Assembly: GCA_036339735.1 (NCBI GenBank)
Contig: JAYZAL010000066.1
Span: 1-64,000 of the forward strand
Reading direction: 5' to 3'
Length of the DNA stretch: 64,000 nt
Source: Candidatus Poribacteria bacterium
GTDB taxonomy: Bacteria; Poribacteria; WGA-4E; UBA9662
Shown here: piece by piece, positions 50,201 to 59,500 of the stretch
Layout of the letters: each line of letters starts with the position of its first letter
Position numbering within the stretch: the first letter of the stretch is position 1
Notes under the pieces: generated by a model
Databases searched by the model: none
Told to the model about the DNA's origin: nothing
What the model saw: the letters and a program-made list of their open reading frames with translations, nothing else
Position numbers and translations under genes: made by a program

Positions 50201-53200
50201 TATGATGGTACAGCAAACCTCAGCTATAAGTCAGCTAAACTCAACGCTAGTGGCATTTATATGCTCCAAGTTGTACTTACAGATCAGGCAGGCAACAGCA
50301 GCATACCATATACTTTTTACTACGCATACGGGGTAGAGCTAGCAGAAGTTGTTGAGGTCACACCCCGTTTGACTAATAATTTGGAAGCGGTCGTTGTCAC
50401 ATTCAAGAGCCAGCAAAGTCTCGATTTTGAGCAGACGATTCTTGAACTGATAGCTCCGAATCAGCAAGTTGTTTCTGGTGTTATGACCAACGATGGTCAA
50501 CAACTGATAACCTTCACTCCAAGCATACCATTAGCTGTTGACGGAAGCCAAGACGGCGCTTACGCATTAACAATCCAGCCATCAGTTATGGCCATAGGCC
50601 GCTCAGATAAAAAGTGGTCTGGTGAAATTACTTTTGACACACAACCACCCGAAGTAAAGTCAATATCTTATATTACTCAACCTGAACAGTTAGCGGTTGA
50701 TTTGCAAGGCACGGTTGTGGGTTTACCCACACAATTTCAGTTGGTGTTAGCTGATACTATTAGTGGAATTAATGGGCAACAAACAACAGCTCAGTTGATT
50801 TCGCCTACAGGACAAGTTAGTACCACAAAATCCTTGAAAGCCGATATAGAAACCAATGAATACTCTATTAATCTAAGCCTAAACAGTCAGCCTAAACCTG
50901 ATCCTTCCGTAAATGGCGACTATGTTCTTGAAATTATAGCCGTTGACCTAGCTGGTAACTCAACGACCTACAGTCGTAGTTTTACAGTCATGTGGGCTGC
51001 AGCTACGGTTTCATCGACTCAACCAGCATCGTTTAGTAAACTGAATGAGTTGCAACGAGTCGACGTGATGCTTGAAAATATGGCCGAAACTGAAATTGAA
51101 AAAATGGCCACTGTTCGATTAGTAAGTCCAGACAACTCCGAGGTCGCAGGGCGACAAGAAGTTGTAGGTACTATGGTAAGTTGGATATTGGATCAACCAC
51201 CACCACAAGATGGAACTGCCGATGGAGTCTATACAATTCAATCCACGGTTCTTAAGAATGATCAGGTTCTGCTATCCGAAAACACCACATTCCTATATGA
51301 TACCAAAAGCCCTCAAGTTGATAGCGTAGTACTGCAGACAAACGAATTGACTGAACTGATACCTAGTCAAGTTATAATGGTTACAGAACCATTCTCTGCC
51401 ATAAAAATTAAGATAGTTGATCAGCTAGCAGGGACTGATTTGACGACCTCAACAGTTAGCCTGAGAACTAGTGAAGGTTTAGGGATCGAACAAGGCCTAA
51501 ATAATGGTACTGGCGAAGTTCTTGAGGTCAAGAATAATGGTATTGATACAATTACGGTTGAATTTGCAGAATTGAAATTAACTGGTATCTACACATTAGT
51601 GATTACACCAAAAGACTTGGCTGGTAATACTGGCCATCCATCGCTTTATCAAATTAACCTCAATCTCTCAAAGCCAAAACTCACTTCAATCAAAATTAGC
51701 GACCGACTGGGACTTGTCACAGCAGAATTAGCTAATGCGACCGCAGAGTATTCTACCATCGAAGTTGTGGGTCCTAATGGGCAAGTTATTGGTAAAACCA
51801 CAGAGGACAATCTTAAGAAACAAATTACTTGGACTCCGACAAATCTTGCTCAGGACGGTACTGATGATGGGGTTTATACGATTACGGTTACACCAGTTAA
51901 CAAGCAAGGTATATCCGGCCAAGTATTAGTAAAGCGGTTCACTTATGACACCCAAGAGCCTGAGATTAATAATATTACTGCTGTCGATCTAACACAACCG
52001 GTCTCTTATCTATCGAACCCAACGTCACAAATTACAGCAACGGTCTCTGATCTGGGACCAGCAGGGCTCGACACTGAACAACAAAAGATAACACTAATTG
52101 ACAGTAGTGGGCAAACTGTCAGCGCATTTTTAACTCATGATGGTAGAGAAAATCTATACTTCACTTTCAATCCATCGTTCGCCAAAGATGGGACTAACGA
52201 TGGAGAATATCAACTAGCTATTAACTTAATTGATAAGGCTGGTAACAAAAAAGACTTCACACATTCGGTATTTTATGATAGTTCTCCACCAACGCTGACC
52301 GATATTATTCCAGGCGATGGGGCTCTTCTTAAGGGAGAAATTAATCAGGTTACAGTTAATTTGGCTGACAAAAACGGAAGTGGTATCGATTTCAGTCTAA
52401 CGACCATTTCGGTAACAGATACTGAGGGCAATTCGGTGAGTGGTCAAATGAGCCACGATGGAAAGTCTAAAATAATCTTTAAAATTGATGATCTAGCACC
52501 AAGTGGATCCTATTTGGTTCGAGTTGAAGTCGCCGATCGAGCTGGTAATCAAGCCATATTCGAAAGCGGATTCACAAATTTGTCTAATTTACTTGTAGCT
52601 TCCTCCACTACACCTGTAACACGTCCAATTGAAAAGGCATTCAACCGAAAAAAACTAGATTCAGTTACAGTTCAACTGCCAAAAGATGTTGGGATCCACT
52701 TGTCTACGTTACATTTGGTCGACAGTAGTGGTCAAATGGTCATGGGGTACCAAGACCGTAATGGTTCTTCAGATTTACAATATCAGCTCCAAAAGCCATT
52801 GAAGGACGATGGATCAGATGATGGGACATATACTATTGTTTTTACTCCTATTAGCGCTAATGGGCAAAGAGGGCAACCACAACTTATGAGTTTCGTCCAC
52901 GATACAGTAGAGCCAGAAATCGATGATGGCCAAATTCGGCTGAATGTAGCTCAAGCAGGAGTTAATAACTCACTAGTATCAATTCAGCTACCAGTGTATG
53001 ACCCATCTCCATCTTCGGGTATAGACTGGTTAGAACGTCCATTGCCAATCGTAGTAACGTTAGAATCTTTCGCAAAGGAAAATATTGCAGGTCGGATTTT
53101 AGTTGAATCTGATAAAGAGGAGGTGACTTTTGTCCTAAACAAACCTCTGGCGAGTGACGGCAGCCAAGATGGGAAATATAAGCTGAAAGTCGATGTTACA

Positions 53201-54292
53201 GACCAAGCAGGTAATGACTTGAATTGGATTTATGATTTTGATTACGATACTCGTCCCCCAGAGATCCAAACCTCAGATTTACAGATTAATGGGCAGCCAC
53301 TAATTGTTGATGCTAACCATATCGACTACCCATCAGTTGCAGGTCGTGGTGGTTCAGTTATCATAACAGCCAAGATAAAGGATAGTGACGGTTTAGGGGT
53401 AGACTTATCAACTTCCAGCATAAATGTTATCTCACCAAGTGGTGAGGCCATAACCGGAGGCCTCACACAGAATGGAATTGATTTTCTGGTTTTTAGCTCA
53501 TCGCAATTATTGCCCAATCAAGGATACTATAGGGTGGTGATTACAAGCGTCGGGTTAGATCCTCAGAACTTGGGTTTCCAGCCGACAAAGACAATTAGTA
53601 CTGAATTCCTCTATGAGACATTACCACCGGTTGCAAGCCTCACTGATAGTGGTAAAGATAAGATTGAAGAAGGAGATGCCTTAACACTAAAAGGTGTAGC
53701 TTCAGATCCTGATAGTCAAGAAATACCAGCTTCTGGTGTTAGTCGTGTTGAGATTGTTGGTACAGGACCCGACGGAAAAGATATAGAACCGGCTGTAGCG
53801 GTGGACATGAGTAAAGGTGGTAGTAACCAATGGAGTAGCTGGAAAATTGATTACTTACCACCTAAATCTGGTAGATATGTATTGAGTGTTCGAGTTTATG
53901 ATAAAGCGGGTAATGCCGAAACTTATGAAAAGAAAGATGTTACTTTCACAGTTTCACTTGGATTCAAAGGTGAGACATTTTGTTGGCCTAATCCCGTATC
54001 GTTGTCTGCGTCATCTAGTGGTTCGGTGGCACATATATCTTTCGATCCTAATATAGCCAGTAATGATACAGCTAATCTGACCCTTAGTGTTTACGATTTA
54101 TCTGGTGACTTAGTCTATCGATATAAAGAACCTGATATAAAACCAGGTAGACAAGATACTACACTCAAATGGAATTTAAGTAATTCTTCTGGAAGTAAGG
54201 TCGCACGTGGTATTTACCTTTTTCGACTGGAAATAGTAAATGGCGTGGATGAATCATCCAATACGGTTGGTAAAATCCTAGTAGTGGAATAA
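47282..54292 (+). CDS. Giant secreted Ig-like repeat protein (2336 aa) with N-terminal FlgD-Ig-like modules and a C-terminal T9SS type-A-like sorting domain
   Basis: Repeats of about 100-115 aa with SG(I/L)D, DGSxDGxY, DxAGN and DTxPP motifs. C-terminus WPNPV..LSVYDLSGDLV..WNLSNSSGSKVARGIYLFRL..GKILVVE. Start uncertain. Confidence 0.85.
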   Translation: MGKRGLSCKDSQASISVQAPITGISLGVIWWYVLCSCISVYAADFAIPPQVLDDTTEIDAVFSPNGDNIQDKVVIVFEMDGTTGEYEIIIDVHGPGGVGKPDGQFNVDDDWSVLGKFGPGVTINDAPKRFRIEWDGRDSVAGTAKTVTDGNYQLRLQVDFFQNEILDPIQDSHSQIFPIIVDTESPQTSAKLERTGFSPNGDGNRDQLPINYVLGEQLSGLELLVPSHSSIQLSDLAAGNQIFNWNGQDGLGAVLPDESYNLQLRSLDLAGNESIVSLGQIWLDTKKPTISQIIPSPDAKVNTTVNELIATFESGTGSQIDFDNSIISLTHLDETIQNGTVSYENMTLRLTLENSLNLASENGLYTVNVQAVDLAGNREVSTFNLVFDTIQPSVLQIRLDEDNLRDRVHVNSSIGYIEADLSDNLSGLDLANSLLQLSKSGTVVDGVQLQIDTDTIRFQLSRALKSDGSDDGAYEILLTVFDTAGNSQVQTHPLVYDTTAPTLIGTNPPDLSQEKVRIDQAVATIELTFSDQNDNVVTSGLSFDETTVFVTKSDGTLVSTIKQVTSPSNLELRFSSSLTAGDYTLSFVASDKAGNQGKETNYPFYIDLRVPEIQFTPNNVPLATLEAVSAQLINYTGIGLDLVRSSLLVQDVSGNTIPSQKTEIVDQSLVWHIKNQLPKNGSQDGNYIATANFADFEGRTYTASSTLTVDTLPPTIDKTIPVDGSKVSVLKEVDVFLNDNLSGIDFSQTEVLLSSDGGTISTTKSDNGDNHIRLTFTDRHADGSADGLYTVGITAVDLAGNISGTQNVSFYLVTQKPEIISVTPSANSRINHLSTISASLLDLSGKGIDFDKTTITLSNSSGEVLGGTSLTHTDSQITLTGIELPTDGSADGIYTMLITLVDKLGSTAEKLQKIHYDTQPPVMRTSNQSFERLSTDQVSVSFEVVDSGSGIDITNSSLQLSNTDGTVVPGQFSYDGTANLSYKSAKLNASGIYMLQVVLTDQAGNSSIPYTFYYAYGVELAEVVEVTPRLTNNLEAVVVTFKSQQSLDFEQTILELIAPNQQVVSGVMTNDGQQLITFTPSIPLAVDGSQDGAYALTIQPSVMAIGRSDKKWSGEITFDTQPPEVKSISYITQPEQLAVDLQGTVVGLPTQFQLVLADTISGINGQQTTAQLISPTGQVSTTKSLKADIETNEYSINLSLNSQPKPDPSVNGDYVLEIIAVDLAGNSTTYSRSFTVMWAAATVSSTQPASFSKLNELQRVDVMLENMAETEIEKMATVRLVSPDNSEVAGRQEVVGTMVSWILDQPPPQDGTADGVYTIQSTVLKNDQVLLSENTTFLYDTKSPQVDSVVLQTNELTELIPSQVIMVTEPFSAIKIKIVDQLAGTDLTTSTVSLRTSEGLGIEQGLNNGTGEVLEVKNNGIDTITVEFAELKLTGIYTLVITPKDLAGNTGHPSLYQINLNLSKPKLTSIKISDRLGLVTAELANATAEYSTIEVVGPNGQVIGKTTEDNLKKQITWTPTNLAQDGTDDGVYTITVTPVNKQGISGQVLVKRFTYDTQEPEINNITAVDLTQPVSYLSNPTSQITATVSDLGPAGLDTEQQKITLIDSSGQTVSAFLTHDGRENLYFTFNPSFAKDGTNDGEYQLAINLIDKAGNKKDFTHSVFYDSSPPTLTDIIPGDGALLKGEINQVTVNLADKNGSGIDFSLTTISVTDTEGNSVSGQMSHDGKSKIIFKIDDLAPSGSYLVRVEVADRAGNQAIFESGFTNLSNLLVASSTTPVTRPIEKAFNRKKLDSVTVQLPKDVGIHLSTLHLVDSSGQMVMGYQDRNGSSDLQYQLQKPLKDDGSDDGTYTIVFTPISANGQRGQPQLMSFVHDTVEPEIDDGQIRLNVAQAGVNNSLVSIQLPVYDPSPSSGIDWLERPLPIVVTLESFAKENIAGRILVESDKEEVTFVLNKPLASDGSQDGKYKLKVDVTDQAGNDLNWIYDFDYDTRPPEIQTSDLQINGQPLIVDANHIDYPSVAGRGGSVIITAKIKDSDGLGVDLSTSSINVISPSGEAITGGLTQNGIDFLVFSSSQLLPNQGYYRVVITSVGLDPQNLGFQPTKTISTEFLYETLPPVASLTDSGKDKIEEGDALTLKGVASDPDSQEIPASGVSRVEIVGTGPDGKDIEPAVAVDMSKGGSNQWSSWKIDYLPPKSGRYVLSVRVYDKAGNAETYEKKDVTFTVSLGFKGETFCWPNPVSLSASSSGSVAHISFDPNIASNDTANLTLSVYDLSGDLVYRYKEPDIKPGRQDTTLKWNLSNSSGSKVARGIYLFRLEIVNGVDESSNTVGKILVVE

Positions 54293-54298
54293 TTCGGA

Positions 54299-55372
54299 AT
54301 GGGTCAATATAAACCACTTCAAGTTGCTATCGTGGGTTGCGGCAATATTTCACGTGCTTATGGTGCTAGCCTTAGTAAACGGCCAGATCAGGTTGAAGTA
54401 ATCGGGGCTTACGATCTAGATCAAGATAAAGCCACAAGTTATGTTTCAGAATTTGGTGGGCAAATTTATCCAAGTTTAGAAGCATTATTAGACGACGAGA
54501 AAGTTGAAGCTGTCGTCAACTTGACCATACATACGGCTCATGCTGAAGTAACTGCTGCAGCACTCAATGCTGGTAAACATGTTCACGTTGAAAAGCCTCT
54601 CGCTACAAATCGTGAAGATGGTCAAATGGTAGTTGATTTGGCAGAAGCCAAAGGATTACGCTTGAGTGCCTCTCCATTCACTTTTCTAGGAGAAGGACAG
54701 CAGACCGTTTTGAAAGCGGTTCAGTCCGGTCTGGTGGGTCCAATCTTGACGGCTTACGCAGAAATGAATTGGGCAAGAATTGAACGCTGGCATCCCAATC
54801 CAGCTCCGTTTTATCAAAAAGGTGTTGGCCCAATGTTAGATGTTGGTGTATACGCTCTAACTTTTCTGACTTCAGTCTTGGGAGTTGTCAAGAATGTACA
54901 AGGTTATGCTCAAATATGCCAGCCTCAACGAAAGACCAAAGCTGGACAAGCCTACCAAGTGACAACACCCGATCAAATCACTGGCTTTCTTCACTTTGAA
55001 TCAGGTATTACCGCTCGGTTGACTGCAAGTTTTCTAGGATTTAGCAAACAAGTAGGTGTTGAATTTCACGGCCGAAATGGATCTATTTATATCTCTTCCT
55101 CTCATGATTTCGATGCCATAGTAGAGGTACATACTCTCGACGATGAGTGGAAGACAATACCGTATATTGCTACGCCTTTTCGAGGTGTAGAGTGGGGGCG
55201 AGCCGTATTCCAATTAGCTGACTCCATAAGAATGGGCGTCCCGCAAAGATGTACAGGTCAACAAGCTAATCACGTCCTTGAAATTTGCTTAAGTATTTTG
55301 GACTCGGCTGAGGAAAACTCTGCTCTTATTCCAATCAAATCGACTTTTGAACTACCTATTCCTGCATACTAA
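54299..55372 (+). CDS. Gfo/Idh/MocA family oxidoreductase
   Basis: IVGCGNIS Rossmann motif, AGKHVHVEKPLA, GPMLDVGVY. Confidence 0.92.
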   Translation: MGQYKPLQVAIVGCGNISRAYGASLSKRPDQVEVIGAYDLDQDKATSYVSEFGGQIYPSLEALLDDEKVEAVVNLTIHTAHAEVTAAALNAGKHVHVEKPLATNREDGQMVVDLAEAKGLRLSASPFTFLGEGQQTVLKAVQSGLVGPILTAYAEMNWARIERWHPNPAPFYQKGVGPMLDVGVYALTFLTSVLGVVKNVQGYAQICQPQRKTKAGQAYQVTTPDQITGFLHFESGITARLTASFLGFSKQVGVEFHGRNGSIYISSSHDFDAIVEVHTLDDEWKTIPYIATPFRGVEWGRAVFQLADSIRMGVPQRCTGQQANHVLEICLSILDSAEENSALIPIKSTFELPIPAY

Positions 55373-55423
55373 CGTAATGGATTTATTGAATACACAAACT
55401 AAACCGAAGATCAAAATAAGCTA

Positions 55424-56356
55424 ATGAAAAAATACCGATATACCTCACTATTTGCGACGCTATTTATATTGCTCTGTGCCAACTTTTCCATGGCAGAAGA
55501 CATCCATAAAAAGTCGGGTACAACCTCTGCGGCATTCCTAAAAGTCGATGCTGCTAGTAGACCGATTTCCATGGGTGGAGCTTTCACTGGCTTAGCAGAT
55601 GATGTAAACGCTCTATTTTGGAACCCAGCCGGTCTCATGTCCCTCCAGAAACAACAGATATCAGCAATGCAGAACTTTTCTATTGGAAATGTTTACACTC
55701 AGGCTCTAAGCTATGGTAGAGTACTCAATCAAAAAATGGCCATTGGTGTAAGTCTACAAGGAGCATTCACTCGTATCGATTTTCGTCAAGCTCCAACGGC
55801 TACACCTGACCAAGAAGTAACTGTTGGTGGATTTGCTCCTGGTTTTAGTTTGGCTTATCAACCATTTTCTTTTTTTTCCGTTGGTATAACAACAAAAGCT
55901 ATTGTGGAGCAACTTGATGTTGAGACACTCTTAGGTTTTGCGGGTGATTTAGGCATTTTAATTCGGCCTTTTGGCGAGGCCACAAAGCTTGGTGCCACCT
56001 TGCAAAATCTTGGAAGTATTAATTCAGGTTCACCTCTGCCGACAAACTTTCGCGGTGGTATTTCCTTTCAGCCAACTAAAGCAAATATTTTGGCTGCGGA
56101 TATAAACTTACCGTTGGTTGCAGGTTATCCAAGTGTTCACTTTGGCGCTGAGAATTGGTTCGGTGATTTTGTCGCTGTGCGTCTTGGTTATTCCGTGAGT
56201 CAGGGAGAGAATCCACGTAACGGTATAACCGCTGGAATCGGACTAAAGCGTAAAGGACGTGTGTCACTGGAAAATATTAACTTTCAGTTTGATTATGCAA
56301 TCGTTCCTGACCCTATGGGCAATGTCCATCGTATTGCATGCCTGATGCGCTTTTAA
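55424..56356 (+). CDS. PorV/PorQ family outer-membrane beta-barrel
   Basis: Signal peptide; GTTSAAFLKVDAASRPISMGGAFTGLADDVNALFWNPAGL; DLG..LQNLG..LPT..G; FDYA..HRIACLMRF with terminal Phe. Confidence 0.85.
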   Translation: MKKYRYTSLFATLFILLCANFSMAEDIHKKSGTTSAAFLKVDAASRPISMGGAFTGLADDVNALFWNPAGLMSLQKQQISAMQNFSIGNVYTQALSYGRVLNQKMAIGVSLQGAFTRIDFRQAPTATPDQEVTVGGFAPGFSLAYQPFSFFSVGITTKAIVEQLDVETLLGFAGDLGILIRPFGEATKLGATLQNLGSINSGSPLPTNFRGGISFQPTKANILAADINLPLVAGYPSVHFGAENWFGDFVAVRLGYSVSQGENPRNGITAGIGLKRKGRVSLENINFQFDYAIVPDPMGNVHRIACLMRF

Positions 56357-56551
56357 TTTTTCTACTGAGAAAAAATTAATATTGTGTGGATTGAAAGTAT
56401 ATTCACTCAGAAGTTCGAGGGCAATAAATCAATTTCTGTCCCCAAATCTTTTATCTACAACATTAGCCTTGCTCGCTTTATGTAGGCTTGGCTGTCTCCT
56501 TCCACAGCTTACTCGATCTCTAAAACAGTAAACTATATAATATTTTTGTTC

Positions 56552-56599
56552 TTGTACCAAAAAAGGGGCTTTTTGTATAAGCCCCCTTTTTTGGTACAA
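56552..56599. terminator. Bidirectional Rho-independent terminator between the convergent PorV-like gene and ppdK
   Basis: TTGTACCAAAAAAGGGGCTT / AAGCCCCCTTTTTTGGTACAA inverted repeat of about 20 bp with one bulge; A/T tracts on both sides. Confidence 0.85.
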
Positions 56600-56611
56600 A
56601 TCTGTTTCTGG

Positions 56612-59329
56612 TTAGTCTTGAATTACTGCATGTGCAGCCGCTAGTCTGGCGATCGGTACGCGAAACGGAGAACAAGATACATAATCCATGTTAATGTTAT
56701 GACAGAAGATAACTGAATCGGCATCACCACCGTGTTCACCACAAATTCCAACTTTTAGATCAGGCCGGGTTTTGCGTCCACGCTCGATGCCAACTTCTAT
56801 CAATTGGCCAACACCATCCTGATCTACTGTTTGGAATGGATCATTGTCTAGAACACCTTGTTCGAGATAATCTGGCAAGAAACCAGCAACGTCATCACGG
56901 CTAAAACCGAAACTCATTTGCGTAAGATCATTGGTACCAAAGGAGAAAAATTCTGCAGCTTCAGCAACTTTATCCGCAGTTAAAGCTGCTCGGGGAATTT
57001 CGATCATAGTGCCAACCATATGATCAATCACATCGACATTATATTTCTCTCGCACTTCTTGATAGACTTGGTCTACAATTTTCTTTTGGTTCTTGAGTTC
57101 ATTGACATGTCCTAGTACTGGGATCATGATTTCCGGATGGGTATCCTTTCCCTCTTGAGTCAACTCAACAGCGGATTCAAGAATCGCACGTACTTGTGCT
57201 TCAGTAATTTCCGGAAAGCTTATACCTAGACGGACACCACGATGTCCCATCATGGGATTAGTTTCGTGCAGATCATCGCTACGCCGGTTAAATTCGGTAA
57301 TGCTGACATTCAATTCACTTGCCAACTCTTGACGAGCATTTGCATCGTGTGGAACAAACTCATGTAGTGGAGGATCTAACAGTCGAATTGTGACAGGATA
57401 TCCTGACATAACATCTAAAGTGGCTTTAATATCTGATTTCATATGCGGATAAAGTTCGTCGAGTGCAGCCCTACGTTCCACTTCATCTGATGACATAATC
57501 ATCTTTCTCAGCTTAAATAATGGCTCATCGGAACCTTCACCATAGAACATGTGTTCTATGCGGAACAGCCCAATACCTTCAGCTCCAAATCCAATTGCTC
57601 TTTGAGCATCGGCTGGCGTGTCGGCATTGGTCCGAATTTTTAACCGCCTGAATTCATCAGCGAAGTCCATCAGTTCGGTAAACTCGACATTAGTCTCTAA
57701 ATCTGGGTCTATTAGATCGAGCTGCCCTTCGTAAACGTTACCTGTTGTTCCATTTAGGGTAATCCACTCACCCTCTTTTAATATTTGTCCACCTATGGAC
57801 ATCTGCCGATTCTCAACATCAATTTCAATATCAGAACAACCAACGATGCAACACTTACCCCAAGCGCGTGCCACTAGAGCTGCATGACTGGTCATTCCAC
57901 CTTTAGCTGTTAGGACTGCTGACGCCGCATGCATTCCGTGCACGTCTTCTGGACTAGTTTCGTCCCGTACCAGAATAACTTTTTCACCATTTTCTTTACC
58001 TTGGGTTACAGCATCATCAGATGTGAAGACCAGTTTGCCATTGGCACCACCAGGTCCAGCAGGCAAACCCTTTGCCAATAATTCAGCCGTCCCTTCTGCG
58101 GCAGGATCCACCATAGGCAACAAAACCTGAACAAGTGAGTCTGCCGAGACTCTTTTTAAAGCTTCTTTTTTATCAATTAAACCTTCTTTACACATATCAA
58201 CAGCCATTTTAATTGCTGCTGCACCTGTACGTTTACCTGTCCGGCACTGTAGCATCCATAGCTGGCCATCCTCAATTGTAAACTCAATATCCTGCATATC
58301 TCCATAGTGTTGTTCCAACTTTTCACGAAGATCGATCATTTCATCGTAGCAGGCTTTATGGCGGGACTCCAAAGTTTCGGAATCATCACTACTGTCATTT
58401 TTCATTAGGTCATTAACTGGTAGTGGAGTGCGCAAACCAGCAACCACGTCTTCTCCTTGGGCGTTTGCTAGCCATTCACCATAGAAAATATTCTCACCTG
58501 TGGCAGGATCGCGTGTAAAAGCAACACCTGTAGCGGAATTCTCGCCCATATTACCAAACACCATAGCCTGAACGTTAACTGCCGTTCCCCATTCATCGGG
58601 AATCCCTTCGATCCGGCGATAGGCGATTGCACGCGTTGAATTCCAAGAATCGAATACGGCTCCAATAGCCCCCCAAATTTGCTCTTCGGCGGAATCTGGG
58701 AAAGGTGTTCCTAGGACTCTTTCGACTGTGGTTTTATACTGATCTACCAAATCTTTCAAATCATCAGCAGTTAGATCCGTGTCGCCTTCAGCACCAAGAG
58801 CTTCTTTCTTAGCTTCTAGTAAATGTTCTAGTTGTAATCGAATTCCTCTTCCTTCTCTAGGCTCGATCCCTTTACTCTTTTCCATGACTACATCTGAATA
58901 CATGGTAATAAGCCGACGGTAGGCATCGTAGGCGAAGCGCTCATTCCCGGTTTGTTTGATCAAACCACCAATCGTTTCCGTGGTTAACCCCACATTCAAG
59001 ATAGTATCCATCATTCCTGGCATTGATTGTCGAGCCCCTGATCGAACCGAAAGTAAAAGAGGATTTTCGGTGGAACCATAAGCTCCACCACGAATATCAC
59101 CCATCTTGACAATCGCAGCATTAACTTGTTCTTTTAGACCCTCGGGATAATCACCATCTAATTCGTAGTAAATGTTACACAGATCAGTAGGAATTGTAAA
59201 ACCGGGTGGGACAGGAAAACCAAGATTTGCCATTTCACAGAGGTTGGCTCCCTTACCCCCTAGCAGATTCCTCATTGTTGAATCACCTTCGGCAGTCCCC
59301 CCGCCAAAGGAATAGACGTATTTAGACAT
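56612..59329 (-). CDS. ppdK: Pyruvate, phosphate dikinase
   Basis: LLGGKGANL, SVRSGARQSMPGMMDT, GGMTSHAALVAR (phospho-His), FSFGTNDLTQM, GICGEHGG, YVSCSPFRVP; AAGGAGG Shine-Dalgarno. Confidence 0.98.
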   Translation of the reverse strand: MSKYVYSFGGGTAEGDSTMRNLLGGKGANLCEMANLGFPVPPGFTIPTDLCNIYYELDGDYPEGLKEQVNAAIVKMGDIRGGAYGSTENPLLLSVRSGARQSMPGMMDTILNVGLTTETIGGLIKQTGNERFAYDAYRRLITMYSDVVMEKSKGIEPREGRGIRLQLEHLLEAKKEALGAEGDTDLTADDLKDLVDQYKTTVERVLGTPFPDSAEEQIWGAIGAVFDSWNSTRAIAYRRIEGIPDEWGTAVNVQAMVFGNMGENSATGVAFTRDPATGENIFYGEWLANAQGEDVVAGLRTPLPVNDLMKNDSSDDSETLESRHKACYDEMIDLREKLEQHYGDMQDIEFTIEDGQLWMLQCRTGKRTGAAAIKMAVDMCKEGLIDKKEALKRVSADSLVQVLLPMVDPAAEGTAELLAKGLPAGPGGANGKLVFTSDDAVTQGKENGEKVILVRDETSPEDVHGMHAASAVLTAKGGMTSHAALVARAWGKCCIVGCSDIEIDVENRQMSIGGQILKEGEWITLNGTTGNVYEGQLDLIDPDLETNVEFTELMDFADEFRRLKIRTNADTPADAQRAIGFGAEGIGLFRIEHMFYGEGSDEPLFKLRKMIMSSDEVERRAALDELYPHMKSDIKATLDVMSGYPVTIRLLDPPLHEFVPHDANARQELASELNVSITEFNRRSDDLHETNPMMGHRGVRLGISFPEITEAQVRAILESAVELTQEGKDTHPEIMIPVLGHVNELKNQKKIVDQVYQEVREKYNVDVIDHMVGTMIEIPRAALTADKVAEAAEFFSFGTNDLTQMSFGFSRDDVAGFLPDYLEQGVLDNDPFQTVDQDGVGQLIEVGIERGRKTRPDLKVGICGEHGGDADSVIFCHNINMDYVSCSPFRVPIARLAAAHAVIQD

Positions 59330-59500
59330 AACGATGCCTCCTTAGTGTTAAAGTATTAATTAATAATCGTTCGGATTTGTTTACAAGCGGCCGAGTATTT
59401 TAAAGTAGGAAAATATAAAAACGCAATACAACTCTAGGAACACAGCTGTAAGTCTGCACAAATGTATTCCCATTTGGCTAATCACTTAATTCCTCAGTTT

